Source: Phoronis australis (Eukaryota; Animalia; Phoronida). From it: DNA of 64,000 nucleotides. The stretch covers positions 123,115 to 187,114 of the forward strand of contig NMRA01000135.1 in the NCBI GenBank assembly GCA_002633005.1. Direction: 5' to 3'. Position 1 is the first letter of the stretch; each line of letters starts with the position of its first letter. The notes under the pieces were generated by a model, which saw nothing but the letters and a program-made list of their open reading frames with translations, had not been told where the DNA came from and ran no database searches. Made by a program: the position numbers and the translations under genes. Shown here in pieces: positions 57,201-64,000 of this stretch.

Positions 57201-60200
57201 ATTCATGATCATGGCCATAACCGAAGTCTTGCCGACTCCGGACTCTGCGTGGATCACCAGTGGGAGCCTGTGCTTTTTCTGTAGGAATGTCTTTGCTTGT
57301 TGTAGTATATCATCCTGTCCACAGAAAGTGATGCACTTCTTCTGACAAAAGTGGAGGTGGTGAAGGATCTCTTCATAGTCGCTATAGTATTCAGATCGTC
57401 GAATTATCTGAAAGAAGATTGTCTTCTGTTTACTGTCGTACACTAAATTGCCTTGTCGTTGCTCTTTTGCGTGTGCGTGTGCATGACCAGTGCAGGCATT
57501 TGGTTATTTGTTGCAAGGTTTTGTTCTTATAGAAACCACAAAATTGCATTCTCTTTGTCAGTCACCTGCTTGCAACAGTCTTACTTTTTACCAAGCAATG
57601 AGTCTGCACATAAATTATAATAAAAAACATTCCACGAACAGTTCTTTAGCATAGTGAGAGCACGGAAGCATCTTTTGCTTGACCCAATTTCTAATTTCGC
57701 TGTGCGAGACGGGATGTGCTGACAGGAAAGAAACACGATGTGTTTCATTCATGGACGTATTAAGACGTTGAACATTATTATGTGATTCGTTTGAAAAGCC
57801 CTCAGCACAACAGTGGCAATTTGACTGCGTGATGGTTAATAAGTATTAAAAAATGATATGAAATCCCACTGTATTAATTCCTAGATAAGAATGCTGAACG
57901 CTGTCCACCCAACCACCATAGCGCCATCTATTGACAAGAGGTATTTCATCTGGTTGCTGCTGTATTGGAAAGTAGGTATTCCATGTTCATGCATACAGCA
58001 AAGGACTGGCAAATCTTTAATCGTCATGATGACTGAGTAGAAATGGAATTCACCACTAGAGTACATAGTAATGATGGATCATATTTATCATTGCGGAGAA
58101 ATGGAATTTTGTCTATTAATTTTTTCCATATACCACATGCGTTCTCACCTGAGCTTTAGTCTGATGTGCTGCAGTGATGAGTCTCATGGTGTCTTCAACA
58201 AAGTTCTTGCAGAATGACAATACATATTGCTGATGCTCTTCATGAGTATCTGGGTCAATACCTCCACTCTGCCAATTCACGTAATATTTTCTTGTGTTTT
58301 CTCCCAGGACTGCCTTAATTTTGTCAGTGAAAAGGGCTTGACGAAATTTAGCCACCTCGGTGTCGATCTTTTTCTGAAAATGATGGACACAATTTATAGG
58401 CAACATTTGATATTGAAAACATTCTCATGACAGTCAATTACCAATGGGGTCTTTCTAAATGTGATGTAACTTCATTATTGGAATATATCTTAGCATTTAA
58501 AGACTACAGCAATGCACAAAAACTGATTTCATTGTATATTTAAACTTTCTAAAATTTGAAAAATGAAACAGATCTCAAAAATGGACTAAAAAATTATTGT
58601 TGTCATTATTAAAAGTATCTGAATCTTTTATAATACACTTTCAGAGGATGTCAGACTTTATTGCACAGATGTAATATTAATTCCAGTGGAAGTAATAAAA
58701 ACAGTCATCTAATCTGTTTTTATGGAGAAAAACGTATGGTTAAGCGCTGAATGTAAACAATTAGTGCATGTCTCATAACTGTCAGAACCTCTCAGCATCA
58801 AAAGGAATAAATGAATACCTGATATTATCATTTGTCCATATATAAATTTATAAACTAATTAAACTTGAAGAGGTGATATCAGAGACTGCTTTTGAACAAA
58901 AACTATCTTAAGATCATGAAAATTTGCACAGTCCATTCCATTTGAAATATGTTCGTCTTCATGTTTTGCCGTTAAATCTTCTGTGATCTCGCGATACTCG
59001 ATAGGTTTTTCACATTGATATGACAACAGTGACACCTTTGAAAATGTCTTTATACGCCTTCAGCTTTTCAATACGTTGGGTTAACATATTTAACTTGATT
59101 GTCTTATGGACCAAATGGATTGCACTGATTTCACCTGCAAATAGATTCACCTTCATAAACAATGTGTTGTTGTTGTCTGAACATGGTCATTTGACGCAAA
59201 CTAAATATCTCCGTATCAGGTTTGTATTGAATATGAACCCTGTAAATAAGCGCAAGCCATATTCAGTAAAGTGTGTGCGTGTGTGTATGTGTGCATGCGT
59301 GTGTGCACCTACCTTTCCACCCTGTGTTATAATTTCAGTGTACACTTTCGCATCCACGTCTTCTACCCTCTCGTCAACGAGGCCTTGAAATCTGCGTAGA
59401 TATCCCAGCGCATGTTTTGTAACGTCGCTCACTTTAGAAATGCCGTCTTCAATTTCGCACTCAGTAACTAAAACCATAAATTTGGTAATGAAAGTGAAAG
59501 TTCGTAATTCGAATTTGACTTTTAAATAAATGTCAAATTCTAATTATATCAACCCAAAGCTGTCCCGGTCAAACTAACTAGCTCAGAATGAGTTTTTCAT
59601 TGAAAAGTCACTATTTGTCACATATTTGAATACCAAGGTTGTAAAGTCACCCATGGGGTCTCAGGTATCTCTTTGTTCCATAGCATTACAAGAATTGCTT
59701 AGGTAAGTGATAATTTAATTTTCATGTAAATATTATGTCCAAAATGTAAATATTTCACTGATCAAAGATTGTTATAACAGGTCTGTCCGTGTTCCTCAAT
59801 CTCACCTGACTTGAAATACTCATGTTGCTGCTGCAAAGTAAAGAGACCTTTCTCGCAAGCACTGCTTGCCGATTGTCTCAGTATTTTCTGAAGGAGGTTG
59901 AATTCCGTCCACCAGCCATCTGTATCTTGTTTTCGTTTTTCCTCGTTTGCGTAGTCCCCAAAATATTTAAATTTTGTAGTTATTGGCTGAAATTATTATT
60001 TTAGATGTGAGCAATTTACACCTGGGCCCAGGGTCTAATCTTTGTTCTAGAAATCTAACTCGAGAAATATTTTTGGCATTTTCCATCTTTTTTTGATACT
60101 AACTCAGGATAAGTGTTTTTTATTTTATGTAATATTATGCTCAAGTGCATTATGGTTTATGCAGATGAGGTTTTAGTCCAAGTTCGCACTTGATGATTCC

Positions 60201-62626
60201 TAAATTTGATTTTCAAACTAGTAAAAGTCAAGATTTCAAGTAAAATAGAGCTTCAATCCAGGGTTATCAAGTGCAGACATGCGTTGGGCAGTCATCCACT
60301 GAAACCACAACATAGTTGAGAACAGAATTATAGACCTAATGTGAGAAGTAATTCAACTGTGTTTGAGCCGCGGTCATACGATTACATTAAACACATTCTA
60401 GTACCCTTTAGGCAGAACAGCACCTGTTACTAAATTATCGTAGTCCACAACTCACCTGCAGAATGTATTCAGCGGGAACTAAATTTTCGTCCTTGATATA
60501 CCATTCCTGCAGCTTGATTGGCCAGTTTCCATCCTCAGTTTTAGCCTCTTGACACAGTATTTCAAACTCGCCTTCCTTGATCTCCGTGGGTAGTGGTCGG
60601 TAGCCATACCGATCGCCTAAGATACTCTGAAATGCAAAATTTTCTATTGGCATAAGAACAGTCTTAAGTTGGTGGTTAAAAGTGTTCATCGTCTCCTTTT
60701 ATGATGGCAAGAAACGAGAAATTATTTACTAGGAGACATTTAGTTATTGAGCAGGCTTGAGTTGTCATGCTCAACTTTACTAAATGTCACCTAGTAAGTA
60801 GTTTCTTGTTTTTTACCAGTCTTATAAGTACATGACAACAACAATGAGGATATCAATGAGGATATTTCAAGTCTGGTGAGAGTGATGTGAAAAGCTGGTG
60901 TAAACCTGCCCTCTATCAAAAACATTTGCCATAAAGAAGAAGTGCTTATTTGCTCCTTTCTCAGATTGGAGGTGATATCTGAACCTGGGAAGAATCGAGA
61001 ATTCATTTTTGAGGGGTACTCGGCTCAACAACTTAGCTTGTCACAGCAGGTCATTTATACACCAAGCATGATCTTGAGCAACAATCAACTGTCACTTCTC
61101 ACGCCCAGAAATCACTTTTCATTTGAGTCAAGACCTGCGTTGTTGACATAAGTTTTCTAAATTTAAAGTCAAGGCTTGTCTGCACTGGCATACTCTATCA
61201 AATTTTTGTTTGCAAACAAGACCAAACTCGGAGTTTCGTGACGTTTTTGATGAGTTTGGCGACCAGTCCACACTAGCAAATTCTGACAAACTTTCCCTAA
61301 CAGAGGCTGCCATTTTGAACACTGACAATCACATGCTTTTTAGCTGCTTGCTGATTGGTTATTATTCACCAAACTGCACCAAACGATTTTCAAATTAAAT
61401 GTGCCTGGCCAAACTTCAGCAAAATAGGGTTGCAGTGTTTGGCAACCCGTCCACACTGACAATATTTTGTTTGCAAACTCGACAAAACTTGAGTTTGGTT
61501 GAGTTTTCAAACAAAGAGTTTGCCAGTGTGTATGGGTATTTTGTATTTTTGGTGGAAGTTGGGTTAATAACGGCTCTAAATTGACATTGAAACCAAAAAA
61601 GTAAATTACTTGATATCCCATCCTAAACTCAGCTGTTCATTTCCAGTTCATGTCCCATTCTCGAAGGTCATCAGGTTGCAAATGCAAATACTAATTTAGC
61701 CCAAGTTCTTTTTAACACAGTCAGCTGAATTGCTTCCTTGCCAGCACCACCTCCTGGCAGTAGGCATCTCCAGAAGCTAATGACTGTTCCCTTTGAATGA
61801 CTGAAATTCAGAAGTGGGGGTGTTACCCTCACTGGAACATGTCCGTTATCAGAAGGCACAGGCACCTTTACCCTGAGATGAGCCAGGTCTCGGGATACTT
61901 ACTATGAAGTTGGGTCCCAGCGATATTCTCTGGCAGTTTGCTATCTCCTGCAAGCACAGTTTTTCAGTTTGGTGGTCGTTGGTCATTGTATCAAGAATAC
62001 CCCATCTCATGTCGATAACCCTGAAGTCCAGCCCCAGCTCGGCACACAGCTCCTTGAGCTTGGGATAGGCTAGCTTGGCCAACCAGTTTCGCTCCTGTTT
62101 CATATCTGAAGATTGAAGACATTCAGTAATCACCACAGACTAGAAAAGAAATCGCAACCATTTCCTAAAGGCGCTTTAGGTGGCAATGTAATAGCTTCAT
62201 TTCTAAAATCTGTTTATCTGTTTACACTATCTGCAAGGTGCTCATCTCTGACCAATATGTGTACACCATGCACACATACTTGATCTTAAACTGCTGTAAT
62301 CGCTGAAGGTGGCTGTAGAATTGGCTAGCTCGTGTAGGTAAACGGCATATACCCAGGTGTTATTGTCATGGGTGGGTTAGTGAATGTGGTTTCGACCTGA
62401 ATGGGGAAAACTGTGACAAGGTAGTGTCCTTGATGGATTGGGGACTAAGCTGTGTGTGTTTGCACTCTAAAACTGTTAGAATTAGTGGCAAAATAAAAAT
62501 TCCTACCAGTAAATGTAGAACTTATGAACAGCCTGACATCTGTTGATGGCATAGGTGGTATGTCTGTCATGCATCCCTCCAGGAGGTCATCAAACTGCTT
62601 CTCAGAACTTTTGATACTTGGCAATG
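54019..62626 (-). CDS. NWD2: NACHT and WD40 repeat protein, NWD1/NWD2-like (DUF4062-NACHT-WD40); 5' end probably upstream
   Basis: Exons 62626-62507, 62105-61903, 60626-60456, 59986-59806, 59467-59313, 58373-58149, 57407-54795 and 54276-54019 are phase-consistent. Motifs: VRLFISSTFTDMKQERNWL, IDMRWG, LGDRYGYRPLP, Walker A AESGVGKT, Walker B ILLDSLD, ELEDVLS, WYHRQF and WD40 repeats. Confidence 0.93.
54795..57407 (-). CDS. NWD2: NWD-like 2.6-kb exon (NACHT, helical region, WD40)
   Basis: Lies within the 897-aa ORF; ttcAG acceptor at 57408 and GTAAGT donor at 54794. Confidence 0.95.
58149..58373 (-). CDS. NWD2: NWD-like exon (KKIDTE...VNWQSGGIDP...FCKNF...)
   Basis: V.W...GIDP...H..Y...FC..F motif, phase 0 to 0. 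Confidence 0.9.
59313..59467 (-). CDS. NWD2: NWD-like exon (VTECEIEDG...GGK)
   Basis: SVTE.EI..G motif, phase 1 to 0. Confidence 0.88.
59806..59986 (-). CDS. NWD2: NWD-like exon (PITTKFKYFGD...WWTEFNLLQKILRQSA...YFKS)
   Basis: ttcAG / GTGAGA, phase 0 to 1. Confidence 0.88.
60456..60626 (-). CDS. NWD2: NWD-like exon (SILGDRYGYRPLP...WYIKDENLVPAEYILQ)
   Basis: Family motifs YGYRPLP and WY..DEN.VP..Y.LQ. Confidence 0.92.
61173..61537. mobile_element. Decayed MITE (PIF/Harbinger-like termini)
   Basis: ggcttgtctgcactggcatactc is inverted against gagtttgccagtgtgtatggg. tttgtttgcaaac and gtccacact are repeated internally. Confidence 0.5.
61903..62105 (-). CDS. NWD2: NWD-like exon (DMKQERNWL...IDMRWG...SLGPNFI), DUF4062
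   Basis: DUF4062 motifs, phase 1 to 0. Confidence 0.93.
62507..62626 (-). CDS. NWD2: NWD-like exon (...LLEGCMTDIPPMPSTDVRLFISSTFT)
   Basis: VR.FISSTF motif; cacAG / GTAGGA. Confidence 0.9.
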
Positions 62627-63929
62627 CTGTGGGAATAAAGTATTTTACATTGCAGAGAATGTATGGTACTGAAACCATGACAAAATCTTAGAGTTTTTGG
62701 AATCAAGACTGATTTTCTAATTTGACTATTTGCTTTTACATCATCTTTCTGTCCTACAATGAAACTAAGCTCACTGTCACTTAAACAAATTTTGTTGAAA
62801 GTTGTACTTTTGTGAGTCTTCACTGATATTTTGTTCAGCTCACAACGTGGTTCACAGCTCTGTTTGTCTTACGAATGCTGTTAAACTCACATTCACCATT
62901 CTAGTTTTCAAGAGCCGAGGGATCTATATCATGAAAGTGACTTGAGGTTTAAGTTTTTAACACCAAGAATTTTGTCTAATTTTAATTTTTGTCTCAGAAG
63001 GGGTCTTAAAAAACAAAAATTTACTAAGGCTAAGTGAAGGCAAGTGACAAAATTTCAGAACAGAAAGTTTCATGATTGAACACTGTCTGTGGTCTTAACT
63101 TGAGAATGAAATTTAGATAATTTTAACATAATTAACAATTTTACTAACTACACATTCTCCACTTGTTGCTGGTTCACAAATTTATAGCGATGTGGAAAAT
63201 CTAGCTTGAAGGATACTCATGGTCTATTAATTCTGAATAGGCGTTTATAAACAATGTTGGAAGTCACAAATAAAAGTGGAAGCTTATTTACTTGAGAAGG
63301 TAAAAAGTATAACTGGAATATGTCACCTTACTAGGTAAGAGTAAGTCACACTGCATTGTCTCCATAGCAACTTCCCATATTTTGCATTGAAATCAGATGA
63401 TCTTCAATTAGATCGTAAAACATTGTAAAAATTTTTTAACAGACTTGTTACTAAACAGTTCACAGTGGTGACAATCAAATTTCTTTGCTATTTATACTAA
63501 AAATCTGATTTTAAACCCACTGGTCATAGCAGGCTGAGTTTCGTTCTTAATTTTGATTTCAAGAAATTTCACGAATCGGGTTAAAATATTTTTTGTTCAG
63601 TTGTGCCCGATTTTGAGATGAGCGCTGGGGCATTCTTTATGTATAACAGTATAATGCAAGAACATGTCTGCTATACACTGCATAATGTTGGTATACCATT
63701 TCACTCTTGCTATGGTGTTTGAACTCGGGCAGCCTCTCCTGTGTTGCAGGGTACAAATGTCATTATAAACTCACATTTGATCAAACGATTAGTGTCCAAT
63801 TGGGTTCTAACAAAAAATAGATCCTCTATATATGTCACCATTCAGTAAAGTTTGTATTTCATTCTGGTATCACTACCCATGTAGGATAAAAAGTGGTGTA
63901 GAAACAATAGAGTAATAAGCACATTGTAC

Positions 63930-63986
63930 CAACCTTTTTGCTTCTGGGGTAGTTTTTGTGCAGTCACGTTGCTGTTTTTCTGCAGC
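63930..63986 (-). CDS. Possible upstream NWD-like exon
   Basis: Good acceptor tattccctttacAG, but a weak donor and no recognisable motif. Confidence 0.25.
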
Positions 63987-64000
63987 CTGTAAAGGGAATA

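Noticed and set aside
56067-57345. Plus-strand ORFs as the missing THADA C-terminus
   Set aside because: They are antisense shadows of the NWD exon with no THADA-like motifs.
60942-61151. Plus-strand ORF as a THADA exon interleaved in an NWD intron
   Set aside because: No recognisable THADA similarity and no convincing phase-1 acceptor/donor pair.

Overview
AT-rich, intron-rich animal genomic DNA, most likely a bilaterian invertebrate, from a draft assembly. Nothing here is prokaryotic. Two spliced genes can be reconstructed exon by exon with consistent GT-AG phases. (1) A + strand THADA/Trm732-family gene (DUF2428, TRRSAGLP motif) has about 29 coding exons from 22104 to 50723. It ends on an open splice donor, with no C-terminal exons visible. 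(2) A - strand NWD1/NWD2-like gene (DUF4062-NACHT-WD40, a STAND NTPase) runs from at least 62626 to 54019 and appears to be nested antisense inside a THADA intron. The first ~17 kb looks like the large first intron of an unidentified - strand gene that shares a divergent promoter region with THADA. Four single-N joins (13439, 18612, 27351, 52880) are each flanked by near-identical duplicated sequence, which looks like both haplotypes assembled side by side. This exposes structural alleles: a hAT-like insertion against an apparent excision footprint, a one-trimer copy-number difference in a CTCF-motif tandem array, and two divergent versions of the NWD 3' end. Mobile DNA includes Helentron/HINE-like elements carrying ~150-bp CTCF-motif repeats, an inverted repeat with two hammerhead-like motifs, a Penelope GIY-YIG relic, tRNA-derived SINEs, MITEs and a palindromic 51-bp minisatellite. 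All calls come from reading the sequence by eye; no searches were run.
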